From an uncultured Acidobacteriota bacterium (lineage in GTDB: Bacteria > Acidobacteriota > Blastocatellia > RBC074): DNA of 64,000 nt. Of the stretch, positions 1 to 10,545 are shown piece after piece. The stretch lies in the NCBI GenBank assembly GCA_963796275.1, contig CAWCKY010000006.1:896001-960000 (forward strand), written 5' to 3'. Position 1 is the stretch's first letter. The number at the start of each line of letters is the position of its first letter. The notes beneath the pieces are model-generated. The model had not been told where the DNA came from. It did no database searches and was given only the letters and a program-made list of their open reading frames with translations. The position numbers were made by a program, and so were the translations under genes.

Positions 1-1531
1 CGTCGATCAAGAAGCTAATTGGATTTGACTCGACCGAGCCGCCTGTCTGGAAATCCCACAGCGGTTTTCCGCTCAACGCGTCCAGCGCATAGAAATTGCC
101 TTCGTCCGAGCCGCTGAAGACCAATCCGCCCGCCGTCGCCAACACCCCGGCCCATGGCGGTGAATGCAAACGAAACTCCCACATCATCTTCCCCGTCGTC
201 ACCTCTAATGCGCGGACGGCTCCCCAGGCTTTATCGCCGCCGAGCCTGCGTTCGCCGCCGGCGGTGTACCATAGTCCCGGTTTATATACGGCTTCACCCT
301 TATAGTAGTACGCGCCCATCTCGCGTGCGGCCACGTAAAAGAGCTTCGTCGAGGGACTGTATGCTGGGCTGAGCCAGTTTGTCCCGCCTTGTAGACTAGG
401 CCAGATCAGGTTGCCTTCAACTGTCGGTTCAGTGTTCGGCCGTACGATTGGCCGCCCCTTTGCATCAAGCCCCTTTGCCCAGGTCTGTTTGGCGTATGGT
501 AAGCCATGCAGAAACTCGCCAGTGTCTCGATCGAGCAGGTAGTAAAATGCATTGCGATTCGCCATCGCTACAAGTTTGCGTTGCCGGCCTTGAAACATCG
601 CTTCCAACAAGACCGGAATCTGATTGGAGTCCCAATCGTGGGTGTCATGAGGGGTGAATTGGAAGTGCCACTTCAACTTCCCGGTCGAAGCATCGAGTGC
701 GATCAGGGAACAGGTATAGAGATTGTCTCCGGGCCGCACGTCGCCATTCCAATCGGGCGCCGGATTGCCCGTGCCCCAGTAGATAGTGTTGGTCTCCGGG
801 TCGTACGATCCGGTCGACCATGTCGTGCCGGCTCCGTTCTTCCAACTCTCGCCAGTCCACGTCTCGTGACCAGGTTCGCCTGGCTCCGGGATCGTCCAGA
901 AGCGCCAGTCCAGCTTTCCGGTCTTCGCATCATAAGCATCGAGGAAACCGCGAACCCCCGCTTCACCCCCGCTGATGCCCACTATGATGCGGCCGTTAAT
1001 CGCCAGCGGTGCGCCGGTAACCGCATACCCCATCCGATGATCGGCGACCTTTGTCTGCCAGCGCACCGTGCCCGACTTGGCATCGAGCGCGACGAGGTAG
1101 CAATCGAGCGTGCCGACGTAAATAGTGTCATCCAGTATCGCCACACCACGATTGACCGGCCCGAAACCTATAGTGCGCACCTTTTGCGCGTCGGGACGAA
1201 TCCAGGTCCAAAGCGGGCGGCCGGTGCGGAGGTCCAGCGCAGTCACCTTCGTTGGTGGCTCCGTCAGGTACATGATGCCGTCAACGACTATCGGAGAAGT
1301 CTCGAAAGTGATTCGATCTTTGATCTGATAGACCCAGACCGTTTTTAACTGGGCGACATTACGTGGCGTGATCTGCGCAAGATGCGAGAAACGATGCCCC
1401 GAGTAGTTGCCGGAATATGTCAGCCAGTGTCCCGGCTCCTTCTCGGCATTCATGATTCTTTGATAAGGCACCTGGGCAGAGACTGCCGACGCGAGACAGA
1501 AGGCAGCGAGCAGCAAATGGGTGAGCTTCAT
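1..1531 (-). CDS. PQQ-dependent dehydrogenase-like quinoprotein (methanol/ethanol family; acidobacterial type); 3' end runs off the window
   Basis: Absent from the ORF track because it is open at the edge. My translation from ATG 1531: MKLTHLLLAAFCLASAVSAQ (signal peptide)...WLTYSGNYSGHRFS...FETSPIVVDG...GPVNRGVA...GGEAGVRGFLDAYD...WGTGNPAP...FTPHDTHDWDSNQ...GGTNW...GVLATAGGLVFSG. Its ATG overlaps the upstream TGA (ATGA). Confidence 0.9.
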   Translation of the reverse strand, partial: MKLTHLLLAAFCLASAVSAQVPYQRIMNAEKEPGHWLTYSGNYSGHRFSHLAQITPRNVAQLKTVWVYQIKDRITFETSPIVVDGIMYLTEPPTKVTALDLRTGRPLWTWIRPDAQKVRTIGFGPVNRGVAILDDTIYVGTLDCYLVALDAKSGTVRWQTKVADHRMGYAVTGAPLAINGRIIVGISGGEAGVRGFLDAYDAKTGKLDWRFWTIPEPGEPGHETWTGESWKNGAGTTWSTGSYDPETNTIYWGTGNPAPDWNGDVRPGDNLYTCSLIALDASTGKLKWHFQFTPHDTHDWDSNQIPVLLEAMFQGRQRKLVAMANRNAFYYLLDRDTGEFLHGLPYAKQTWAKGLDAKGRPIVRPNTEPTVEGNLIWPSLQGGTNWLSPAYSPSTKLFYVAAREMGAYYYKGEAVYKPGLWYTAGGERRLGGDKAWGAVRALEVTTGKMMWEFRLHSPPWAGVLATAGGLVFSGSDEGNFYALDALSGKPLWDFQTGGSVESNPISFLID

Positions 1532-2304
1532 TTTTCACCTCGCAAACTTGCCAGGTAGGCGACGAGATCGTCGATCTCCGCGTTTGTGAGCGTAGTTTTA
1601 TAGCTCGGCATGGTCGATACGCCTACTTCCTTCTTCATATCTTTTATTTGTGACTTACGGAAGGAATGGAAACGGTTGTTTGCATCGAACAATTGGATGG
1701 TGAATGAATCCTCGTTAGCGCGTATGCCTCTCACTTTGCGGCCGTCGCGGTCCGTGATAGTTACAATGAGATATCCATCAGGAGATGCAGCCCCCGGATC
1801 GATCAACGCCTCTCGCAGAAATGCCAGGCTGCGGCGTGCGCCCACCGCAGATAGATCGGGTCCGAGAGTGCCGCCCTCGCCGCGCACGATGTGGCAAACA
1901 ACGCAGCCGCCTTTGGTCTCATAGACAGCTTTGCCTTTAGCCGGATCTCCTGGCAGCTTCGTCTCGGCAATGCGGCCAAGCGAGCGCACATAACCTGCTA
2001 CCAGCCCTATTTCACGATCCGTCATCTGCCAAGCCCCTGGCATTTCGCCGCCCGGGATGCCGGATTTGATGACTCCGACCAGAGACTCTTCATCGGTGAC
2101 ATGCCGCATCGTCGGTTGATTAAGCGCAGGCCCTCTGCCCCCAACACCTTCAATGCCATGACATGGCGCACAGTGGCCGATGTACAAACGTTTACTCTGT
2201 GCCAGATCATCGGCTGTTTGCGTTGCGCCGAGATTGTGCTGAGGGTGAGCAATCGCTCCTGCAATAAATAGCCCTAGTAAACCTAAACGCCAGTTATAGT
2301 TCAT
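1528..2304 (-). CDS. Di-heme c-type cytochrome (putative heme-binding domain protein)
   Basis: Two CxxCH motifs (CAPCH, CVVCH), signal peptide from Met at 2304, GPDLS...L.E.L..P and MP..Y...L...E..DLVAYL motifs; translationally coupled to the quinoprotein. Confidence 0.85.
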   Translation of the reverse strand: MNYNWRLGLLGLFIAGAIAHPQHNLGATQTADDLAQSKRLYIGHCAPCHGIEGVGGRGPALNQPTMRHVTDEESLVGVIKSGIPGGEMPGAWQMTDREIGLVAGYVRSLGRIAETKLPGDPAKGKAVYETKGGCVVCHIVRGEGGTLGPDLSAVGARRSLAFLREALIDPGAASPDGYLIVTITDRDGRKVRGIRANEDSFTIQLFDANNRFHSFRKSQIKDMKKEVGVSTMPSYKTTLTNAEIDDLVAYLASLRGEK

Positions 2305-2421
2305 AGGTGACTTTGAGAGTTGATACCAGAGGTTTGCTGAAAATCCCGGGTGAAATTTGAGGTATGAAAGCGAATATGTCAACCAAATTCTTATCATCAC
2401 CTCTTTCAGCCCAGGTCGCAC

Positions 2422-5073
2422 TCACTCTCGTCTCAACGCCACCAACGGATCGACCTTTGTCGCTCTGCGCGCGGGCAGGTAACAGGCGAGCAGAGCAACG
2501 CCGATCAACAAGAGCGAGACCCCGGCGAAGGTCGGCAGGTCGGTCGCGGTCACGCCATATAGCATGTTGATCAGCAAGCGTGTAACCGCCCAAGCGGCGA
2601 TCAGTCCGATGGCGATGCCGCCGAGCGTCAGCCTGAGTCCCTGGCGTAGAATCAGACCAAGCACATCGCGGCGTTGTGCGCCCAGAGCCATTCGAATGCC
2701 GACCTCGTGCGTGCGCTGGGTGACCGAATATGACATCACGCCATAGAGGCCGACCGATGCCAGCGCGATTGCCGTTGCCGCGAAGACTGCGAACAACATC
2801 ATCGAAAATCGTAGCTGGCCGGTTGAATTCGTAATGAGCTGGTCGAGCGTCTCAATGCGAAAGACGGGTTGCTCTTTATCGAGTTGTAAGACTTCTCTTC
2901 GAACCGAATCACCGAGGCCGGTCGGATCGCCGGTTGTGCGGACAACCAGCGTCATGAAGGGGAATGGCTCCTGTGTGTGGGGTTCATACGTCTGGGGATA
3001 TATCTGCCGATCCATGCCAAAAATTTTCACGTCGCCGACGATGCCGACGATCTCCCGATAAACTTCGGTACCGTTGTTGAACATGCCGGTCAATTGAATG
3101 CGTTTGCCGATGGGGTCTTCATTCGGAAAATATCTCATCGCCATAGTATTATTGATGATGGCGACGCGAGGCGTGCCTTTCGTATCGAACTCCGTGAAGT
3201 AGCGGCCCTTCATAAGAGGCATGCCCATCGCTTTGAAATAGTTAGGACTCACCGAGTAGTAACCTGTGCCGCCCTGGTTGCCCGCTTGATCGCCAGTCCG
3301 GCCTTCGATTCTGAAACCACTGTCCCTGTGGCCGTACCAGTGGGCGTCGCTAAACGGCACGGCGGAAGCCGCTCCTGCCGTCTGCACGCCGGGCAGGTTC
3401 GAGACTCTCTCGATCAACCGCGAATAGAACGCGGCCTGTCGATCTTGTTCGGAATATTTCCTCTCCGTCAATGAGATAGAGACCGTCAGGGCGTTTTCCG
3501 GATTGAAACCGGGATCGACTTTTTGTAGGCCGAGAAAACTCCTCATAACCAATCCGGCACCAACCAGTAAGACCAGCGATATCGCGACCTCAATCACGAC
3601 CAGAGCGTTGCGCACGACTTGCCGGCGCCCGCCCTCGGTAGAACCGCGCCCGGCGTCTTTCAGCATCTCGTTCAGGTTTGGTTTTGATGCCGACAAGGCG
3701 GGAACCAGGCCGAAAATCAATCCCGTCAGGAGAGTAATGCCGGTGGTGAATGCGAGAATGCGAACATCGAGAGAGACATCCATAATGCGGGGCCAAAAGT
3801 TACCAGCGATCGCCATCATAATTTTGAGTCCCCAACTGGCAAGCGTCAATCCGATGATCCCGCCTGCCAGCGACAAGAGCAGGCTCTCCGTGAGGAGCTG
3901 GCGAACGATGCGCCGCCGGCTCGCACCCAGTGCGGTACGAACGGCAATCTCTTTGCGCCGGACGGCGGCCCGGGCCAGGAGCAGGTTCGCAACGTTTGCG
4001 CAAGCGATCAAGAGCACGAAGGCGACTGCGCCTAGCAGGAGCAGCAACGACGGCCTGACGTAGCTGACGGCTTCTTCGACCATCGGATTGACTATCACAT
4101 TCCAGCCCGTGTTGGTATCTGGATACTGCTTAGCAAGCCGGTCAGCGATAGCGCTCATTTCCGTGCGCGCCTGTTCGAGCGTGCTCTCGGGTTTGAGCCG
4201 TCCGAAGACATTGAGGGGGCCGCTTCTGCGGTTCTGGACTTGCTCAGCCGTGAAAGCGATAGGTGCCCAGAGTTGGTCATCTTGGAAACGGAAGCCTCGG
4301 TTCGGCGGCAATACGCCGATCACTATGAACGGCTGATCGTCTAGCTTGATCGACTGATTCAGGATGTTCGGATCACCGCCGAACTGCCGCTGCCAGAGTT
4401 CGTGAGTGAGGATCACTACATTGTTCCGTCCTGGCCGATCATCATCGGGGAGGAAGTCGCGACCGATTCGCGGCCGAATGCCGAACAACGAGAAAAATCC
4501 ATGAGTGATGACCATACCGCGTAACCGCGCAGGGTTGTCACCGCCCAGGTTAAAATTCTTGACATTGCAGGCTTCGAGCTGCTCGAAGACAGTGTTCTGC
4601 ATCTGCCAATCGAGGAAATTGGCCGGCAAGGGGGAGCGGCGAGGGATTTCCGGCAGTCTCGTCTCCCATAACCACATAAGCCTGTCTGGGGCTTTATACG
4701 GATACGGACGCAGCAGTACAGCATTCACCACGCTGAAGATCGCCGTGTTCGCGCCGATTCCCAGCGCCAGAGTCAGCACCGCGACCGCTGTAAAGCCGGG
4801 ATTCTTGCGCAACATCCGCAGGCCATACCGGAGGTCATGCCATAACTCCTCGATCATTCTCACACCGCGGGCGTCGCGGCATCGCTCTTTGGCCTGTTCC
4901 ATGCCGCCAAAGTTTTTGAGCGCAGCATATCGGGCATCTTCATGGTTCATCCCGTGACGGACGTTCTGCTCGATCTCTCGTTCCAGATGTGAGCGCAGCT
5001 CCTCGTTGAGCTCGCTCTCCGCTTCTGCCTTGCGCAATAAGCCGCGCAGCCGCAACCTCATCCGTTCAAACAT
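2422..5073 (-). CDS. ABC-type permease, ADOP family (acidobacterial duplicated orphan permease, MacB/FtsX domains)
   Basis: N-terminal [11 protein letters not shown]...A...FG permease prefix, [16 protein letters not shown]...[13 protein letters not shown], two MacB/FtsX halves, C-terminal [24 protein letters not shown] precedes ATG 5073. Confidence 0.92.
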   Translation of the reverse strand: MFERMRLRLRGLLRKAEAESELNEELRSHLEREIEQNVRHGMNHEDARYAALKNFGGMEQAKERCRDARGVRMIEELWHDLRYGLRMLRKNPGFTAVAVLTLALGIGANTAIFSVVNAVLLRPYPYKAPDRLMWLWETRLPEIPRRSPLPANFLDWQMQNTVFEQLEACNVKNFNLGGDNPARLRGMVITHGFFSLFGIRPRIGRDFLPDDDRPGRNNVVILTHELWQRQFGGDPNILNQSIKLDDQPFIVIGVLPPNRGFRFQDDQLWAPIAFTAEQVQNRRSGPLNVFGRLKPESTLEQARTEMSAIADRLAKQYPDTNTGWNVIVNPMVEEAVSYVRPSLLLLLGAVAFVLLIACANVANLLLARAAVRRKEIAVRTALGASRRRIVRQLLTESLLLSLAGGIIGLTLASWGLKIMMAIAGNFWPRIMDVSLDVRILAFTTGITLLTGLIFGLVPALSASKPNLNEMLKDAGRGSTEGGRRQVVRNALVVIEVAISLVLLVGAGLVMRSFLGLQKVDPGFNPENALTVSISLTERKYSEQDRQAAFYSRLIERVSNLPGVQTAGAASAVPFSDAHWYGHRDSGFRIEGRTGDQAGNQGGTGYYSVSPNYFKAMGMPLMKGRYFTEFDTKGTPRVAIINNTMAMRYFPNEDPIGKRIQLTGMFNNGTEVYREIVGIVGDVKIFGMDRQIYPQTYEPHTQEPFPFMTLVVRTTGDPTGLGDSVRREVLQLDKEQPVFRIETLDQLITNSTGQLRFSMMLFAVFAATAIALASVGLYGVMSYSVTQRTHEVGIRMALGAQRRDVLGLILRQGLRLTLGGIAIGLIAAWAVTRLLINMLYGVTATDLPTFAGVSLLLIGVALLACYLPARRATKVDPLVALRRE

Positions 5074-5219
5074 AAAAAATATCGCTCCTCTCGGCATTTG
5101 ATAGGTGTCAATTTAGTAGCCGACCTATCAGATGTCAATAGGAAGAATGAGGATTGCATTTCCGCCAGACTATGGAGAGGTAATAGGAGTTTGTCTTAAG
5201 AATAAGTGAAGACCGTGTC

Positions 5220-5307
5220 AAATCAGTACCGCGAGCGGTAGCGAGCGTGGCTTGCAGACTCAGGCGCTTGCGGAAACTACGCTCGCTACCGCTCGCGGTA
5301 CTGATTT
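5220..5307. repeat. REP-like palindromic element
   Basis: AAATCAGTACCGCGAGCGGTAGCGAGCGT ... ACGCTCGCTACCGCTCGCGGTACTGATTT, about 29-bp inverted arms; a partial second copy lies at 58815-58894. Confidence 0.85.
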
Positions 5308-5370
5308 CCCTGTCGCCCTAATTGTCAAACTCTTATCCGGATTGGGCTCTTAACACAGCAAAACTATCCC

Positions 5371-6258
5371 TCACGGCAGCGTGAGCACCGCGCCGACACC
5401 AGCCTGATCGAAGCGCTCCTTGAAGCGTTCGAGAAACACGGCAAAGCCGAGTTCGCTCGTACAATGGCCGGGAGCCACGCGTTCGATTTTGAGCGTGTCG
5501 TGGAGTGCGTTCGCGACGCGCTGCACTTCCTCCCGAGGGGTGAGAACGAGGTGGAAGCCGCCCGTCACCGTGTACAGCCGAGAATCGATCTTCCCGGCTT
5601 CTCCCAGAATCTTCTCGACGCCCGGATGCGAGCATCCGACAACGACGGCGAGTTTCGGCGTGCGAATAGCGAGTGAGGCCTCGTTCATCTCGAGCGTGCC
5701 CGGCTTTTGTGATTGCGTTGTGAGCACGTAGAAGCCGGGAAATATCTCTCTCGGATTCGTCACTGTCACGAAATTCGCCTTCTCCCATGGCGTCCCCAGG
5801 GCCACGCGTTCAGGCTGCTTCCCTTCGTAGTAGTGCAGATTGGTGGGAAGGTCGGGATATGGCTTCAGGAACTCCCGCGGCACGGTACCGGTGAAGAACG
5901 CGCCTTCCTGGGGCACGTAAATCTTGACGCTCGAATTTGCCTCCAAAAGATATGCCAGTCCGCTCGTGTGATCTCCATGGCGATGAGAGATAACGACGGC
6001 ATCGAGCTTACCCAGGTCAATGCCGAGTCGCTTGACGTTTTGCTCAAAAATTTTGGCATTGTTGCCGGTGTCGAAGAGAATACGCCTCCCGTCGTATTCC
6101 ACCAGCGCAGCGAACCCCCAGTCCTTCTGAAGGGCGGATGGCTCACCGAACGCGTCGTAGATGATAGTAATGCGCTTCGCTTCTTGCGCACTCGCTGTTA
6201 ATGCGAGGGCGACGAAAATAGTTGCAATGACTGCGCACCGATTGCTTATCCGGTTCAT
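5371..6258 (-). CDS. MBL-fold metallo-hydrolase, exported
   Basis: WGF..L, ILFDTG, SHRHGDHTSG, GCSHPG, GGFHL and PGHCT motifs; signal peptide; GGAGG RBS. Confidence 0.85.
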   Translation of the reverse strand: MNRISNRCAVIATIFVALALTASAQEAKRITIIYDAFGEPSALQKDWGFAALVEYDGRRILFDTGNNAKIFEQNVKRLGIDLGKLDAVVISHRHGDHTSGLAYLLEANSSVKIYVPQEGAFFTGTVPREFLKPYPDLPTNLHYYEGKQPERVALGTPWEKANFVTVTNPREIFPGFYVLTTQSQKPGTLEMNEASLAIRTPKLAVVVGCSHPGVEKILGEAGKIDSRLYTVTGGFHLVLTPREEVQRVANALHDTLKIERVAPGHCTSELGFAVFLERFKERFDQAGVGAVLTLP

Positions 6259-6500
6259 CGCTCTACCTCCTTAAAAATCCTTCTTCCTGCTATGTGTTTT
6301 CTTTGCCTCTGTGGCTGGTTCTTGCGTTCGCTCAGGGAAGCCGGAATAAAGAAATCGAGATCCGATTCCCTTGCAATATAGTGAATCATGGTAGAGCATT
6401 TGTACACTTTTCCAGATTCAACGATCAATTTGTGTGATCACCCTCAATATCGCGGGGGCATCTTCACAAGCCTATAACCGAATAAACACAAGGAGTGGTT

Positions 6501-9500
6501 ATGCTACCCAGTACGTGCAGTACTATCCGCTATCTGTTGCTGTCATCGCTTACACTGGCATTACTTATTACCTATATTTCCGCTCAGGGGCTGACCGGCC
6601 AAATCTCCGGCACGCTCACAGATTCACAGGGAGGCGCTGTGACAGGCGCCCTGGTCGAAGTGATCAACGAAGAGACCGCTCAATCGCGTTCGGTTACCGT
6701 CGACAGCGAAGGGCATTTTGTCTTGACTCAACTTTTGCCGGGCACTTATACCCTGAAAGTGACGGCCAATGGCTTCAAGCAGGTCGAGCAGAAGGGCATC
6801 ATCCTGACTGCGAACGAGCGCGTCTCCACACGCAATGTTACATTGGAGGTCGGCGACGTGAATCAGGTCGTCACAGTGGCGGCCAATACGGCGCACGTGC
6901 AGACCGAGAGCGGCGAGCGCGCGGGATTGATCAGCGAGGCGCAGATCAAGGACCTGGCGCTCAAGGGGCGCGATTACATGGGTCTGGTGCGTCTGCTGCC
7001 GGGCGTGGTGGACTCGGCCAACCGCGAAGCGCCCGGCTGGAATAATCTGGTCGGCGTCAACATCAATGGAACCCGGGGCGGCATGATCAATCTGACGCTC
7101 GATGGTGTGTCTAGCCTCGACACAGGTTCCCAACTCGGGCCATATCTCGCTCCGGGGTTGGATGCGATCGGCGAGGTCAAAGTCTTACTGACCAACTATC
7201 AGGCCGAATATGGCCGCAGTTCTGGCGGGACGATCAACGTCGTCATCAAGAACGGCACGCGCGACTTCCACGGCGGAGGGTTCTACTTCAAGCGCCACGA
7301 ACAGTTCAACGCGAACGAATATTTCAACAACGCGCAGGGCGTACCGAAACAGCCCTACCGGTTCAACTATTGGGGCGGTAATATCGGAGGCCCGGTGTTG
7401 ATCCCTGGAACCGGTTTCAATAAGAACCGCGATAAGCTTTTCTTCTTTTGGTCGCAGGAATATCTGCCGCGCAAATACCCGACGCGCCAGGGAAGGCTGA
7501 CATTTCCCACCGAGCGCGAACGCAACGGCGATTTCTCGAGGAGCTTCATCGGGGTAGACTCGCGAAATAATCCGATTCCGTTTTACCTGCGTGATCCGCA
7601 AAAATCGGGTATATGCGACGCCACCGATCAGACGGCCTGCTTCCCAGGCAATATGATTCCCAGCGAGCGCTTCGACTCGAACGGGCAGAAGCTGCTCAGC
7701 CAGTTCCCGCTGCCGAATTTCAACGATCCCACCAACAACTTCAACAGCGTCTTCCAGAGCACAGTTGATCAGCCCCGGCGCGAAGAGATTCTCCGGATGG
7801 ACTGGAATATCTCCTCGAAGACGACCTTCTATGCGCGGGGGATTCAGAACTACGAAGCGTACAGAGGCGATTTCAATTTCGTGCTCGCGTCGGACAACTG
7901 GCCGCAGTTCCCGATCAATTATCAGATCGAGAGCCGCGGGCTGGTGAGCACGCTGATCCATACCTTCGATTCTACGCTGGTCAACGAATTCACCTTCGGC
8001 ATCAATCGAGCGCTGCAGACGGTCAGCCCGTTAAACCAGGCGGGGACTGACCGCAACGACCGGGTCAAGCTCGGCATTGGACTGCCGCAGTTCTACCCGG
8101 GGAATAATCCGCTGAACCTGATCCCGAACGCGACATTCGGCGGCGTCCCGAACGCGCCGCAGTTCAACATCGAGCAGCGCTTCCCATTCTTCGGAACGAA
8201 CAATATCTGGAACTGGTCGGACAACATCTCGAAAGTCTGGGGCTCGCACAACATGAAAGCCGGCTTCTACCTGGAATACACCACGCGCAACGCGGCACGC
8301 GCGGCGGCATTCAACAGCACGTTCAACTTCGACCGCAACATCAACAATCCTTTCGACACGGGCCACCCATTTGCCAACGCGCTGACCGGAAATATCAACG
8401 CTTACACCGAAGCCAACGCCAATCTGGACGGGCACGCTCGATACAAGAACATCGAATGGTTCGTGCAGGACAATTGGAGGGTGAACAAACGGCTGACGCT
8501 CGATTACGGCCTGCGGTTTTATTATATCCAGCCGACGATCGGCGCGGGTGACAGGCTGGCTTACTTCGATCCGGAGTTGTATGACGCTTCCAAGCAGCCG
8601 CTTCTGGTCCAACCGATATGCGTGACTGGCGATACTCGGTGTCTAAGCACGGATCGGCGCGGGTACGATCCGGTGACGGGGGAGAACAATCTGCCGGTTG
8701 CCAGAATCGGCACTTTTGCGACCGGCTCCGGCATCCCTTTCCAGGGTATGCGAGTTGTAGAAGAGAGCGTGCTCAATTCGCCAGGTATCGATTTAGGTCC
8801 GCGATTCGGATTTGCGTTAGACGTATTCGGTGACGGCAAGACCTCTCTGCGGGGCGGCGCCGGCATCTTTTATGATCGCTTCAACGATGATCAGGTGATA
8901 CAGATGGTTGAAATGCCTCCGAACCTGATTACGGCGACTGCACTTTCTACAAATATCAGTGAGCTTTTCTCTACCCCGGGCCAGAATCAGCTCAGTCTGA
9001 GTCCACCGGGCGTCTTTGCTATTCAGAAAGACTATGATTCGCAGGCGGTCTACAACTGGAGCCTCGGCATCCAGCGTGAGATCGGCTTCAAAACCGTGCT
9101 CGACGTAGCCTATGTCGGCTCGGTAGGACGCCATCTGCTCCATCGGCGCAACCTCAACGCGGTGCCGTACGGTACCAGATTCAAGGCGTCGAGCATTGAC
9201 CAGACTGTGATGGGAGGGACGACTCCGTATCCTGACAATTTTCTGCGACCGTATCCCGGCTATAGCAACATCAACTACATCGAGTTCGCCGGCAGCTCGA
9301 ACTATCACTCGCTTCAGGTGCAGGCCAATCGCCGCGTGACGACTAGCCTCGCATTCGGCATGAGCTACACCTGGTCGAAGGCAATGAGTCTGGTGGACGG
9401 CAATGGTGCCAATGTCAATCCGTTCATCGATCCGAACACCCGAAACTATGGAAAAGCGGGATTCGATCGCACTCACAACTTCGTGTTCAACTATATATAC

Positions 9501-10052
9501 AAATTGCCCGGTTTGAGCAGGTACTGGCAGAACGCTTTGACGCGGACAGTACTTGATGGCTGGGAGTTGTCAGGCATCACGAGCTTCACCAGCGGTTCGC
9601 CGCTCGGCTTTGGCTATAGCGGGGTGCAGGCGAGAGACATCGTCGGAGGCGGAGGCGATGGCGTGGATAGCCGCGTCGTTCTCACCGGCGATCCCAATCT
9701 GCCTAAGAGCGAGCGCACACTGACGCGTTACTTCGACACTTCGGTCGTGAGGCCGCCGAGCAAAGACGATTTTGGAATCGGCAATGCGCCGAAAGATCCG
9801 CTTCGAGGCCCGGGAATGAACAACTGGGACATCTCGATCTTCAAGAACTTCCGCGTGGGGCGCGACGGCCGTGTGGGGTTGCAATACCGTTTGGAGATGT
9901 ACAATGCGTTCAACCACACGCAATTCAGCGGAGTGGATACAGGTGCTCGGTTTAACCTGGACACGGGCGAGCAGGTCAATTCGCGTTTTGGCGAATACAA
10001 TGCGGCGCGCTTGTCGCGGCGGATCGTGATGGGATTGAAGCTCAGTTTCTGA
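6501..10052 (+). CDS. TonB-dependent outer-membrane receptor, Oar-like, with N-terminal carboxypeptidase-regulatory domain
   Basis: Signal peptide, GQISGTLTD..G, LLPG.Y.L.V...GF, plug motifs YQAEYGRSSGG, FVQDNWRVNKRLTLDYGLRF, PRFGFA, C-terminal Phe; AAGGAG RBS before ATG 6501. Confidence 0.9.
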   Translation: MLPSTCSTIRYLLLSSLTLALLITYISAQGLTGQISGTLTDSQGGAVTGALVEVINEETAQSRSVTVDSEGHFVLTQLLPGTYTLKVTANGFKQVEQKGIILTANERVSTRNVTLEVGDVNQVVTVAANTAHVQTESGERAGLISEAQIKDLALKGRDYMGLVRLLPGVVDSANREAPGWNNLVGVNINGTRGGMINLTLDGVSSLDTGSQLGPYLAPGLDAIGEVKVLLTNYQAEYGRSSGGTINVVIKNGTRDFHGGGFYFKRHEQFNANEYFNNAQGVPKQPYRFNYWGGNIGGPVLIPGTGFNKNRDKLFFFWSQEYLPRKYPTRQGRLTFPTERERNGDFSRSFIGVDSRNNPIPFYLRDPQKSGICDATDQTACFPGNMIPSERFDSNGQKLLSQFPLPNFNDPTNNFNSVFQSTVDQPRREEILRMDWNISSKTTFYARGIQNYEAYRGDFNFVLASDNWPQFPINYQIESRGLVSTLIHTFDSTLVNEFTFGINRALQTVSPLNQAGTDRNDRVKLGIGLPQFYPGNNPLNLIPNATFGGVPNAPQFNIEQRFPFFGTNNIWNWSDNISKVWGSHNMKAGFYLEYTTRNAARAAAFNSTFNFDRNINNPFDTGHPFANALTGNINAYTEANANLDGHARYKNIEWFVQDNWRVNKRLTLDYGLRFYYIQPTIGAGDRLAYFDPELYDASKQPLLVQPICVTGDTRCLSTDRRGYDPVTGENNLPVARIGTFATGSGIPFQGMRVVEESVLNSPGIDLGPRFGFALDVFGDGKTSLRGGAGIFYDRFNDDQVIQMVEMPPNLITATALSTNISELFSTPGQNQLSLSPPGVFAIQKDYDSQAVYNWSLGIQREIGFKTVLDVAYVGSVGRHLLHRRNLNAVPYGTRFKASSIDQTVMGGTTPYPDNFLRPYPGYSNINYIEFAGSSNYHSLQVQANRRVTTSLAFGMSYTWSKAMSLVDGNGANVNPFIDPNTRNYGKAGFDRTHNFVFNYIYKLPGLSRYWQNALTRTVLDGWELSGITSFTSGSPLGFGYSGVQARDIVGGGGDGVDSRVVLTGDPNLPKSERTLTRYFDTSVVRPPSKDDFGIGNAPKDPLRGPGMNNWDISIFKNFRVGRDGRVGLQYRLEMYNAFNHTQFSGVDTGARFNLDTGEQVNSRFGEYNAARLSRRIVMGLKLSF

Positions 10053-10108
10053 ATAAGCGGGGATGAGCTGAAGGGATGCGAGAGCCATTAGTTTACCCAC
10101 AAGTCTTT

Positions 10109-10300
10109 GCGCCGAAGGCGCAGTGGAATGTAGCCGGTGGTGGAGCGAAGCGGAACCACCGGAAGCGCGCCGAATATGTGACGCGCCCTGGTAGGGGCGC
10201 AGGATCCGGCGTCCCTCCTGGACGCAAATTCTCTTCTGATCTATCCCGGTGGTTACGCTTCGCTCCACCACCGGCTAATTTCGAGCGTCCCTTCGGGACG
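10109..10300. repeat. REPIN/MITE-like inverted-repeat element
   Basis: Arms TAGCCGGTGGTGGAGCGAAGCGGAACCACCGG (10131-10162) and CCGGTGGTTACGCTTCGCTCCACCACCGGCTA (10246-10277), with small internal hairpins such as CGCCCTGGTAGGGGCG and GTCCCTTCGGGAC. Confidence 0.8.
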
Positions 10301-10545
10301 CAAGGCATCTCTAACGACTTGTGTACAAACTAATGGCGAGAGCACCCTGATAAACAACAGATTGCTCTCTCGCATCCCTTCCGATGCAACCTTCTTTCGA
10401 TGGTTCCGGTGCTCCAGCCTTGTCACTACCAAAATCACTTCTCTGCAGAAGCTCGCTGAATCGGGCTGAGAATTGATGTTTGAAATATAATGGTGCGGGT
10501 GCGTACGGTAAATCATCGGCGCTAATATATAATAAGAGGACAGAA

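Noticed and set aside
506-1348. 280-aa plus-strand ORF
   Set aside because: Antisense shadow of the quinoprotein gene, which carries all the recognisable motifs.
10076-10333. Small ORFs over repeats (also 13395..13616 and the start of 51138..51905)
   Set aside because: Translations of REP or heptamer DNA; no RBS or family signal.
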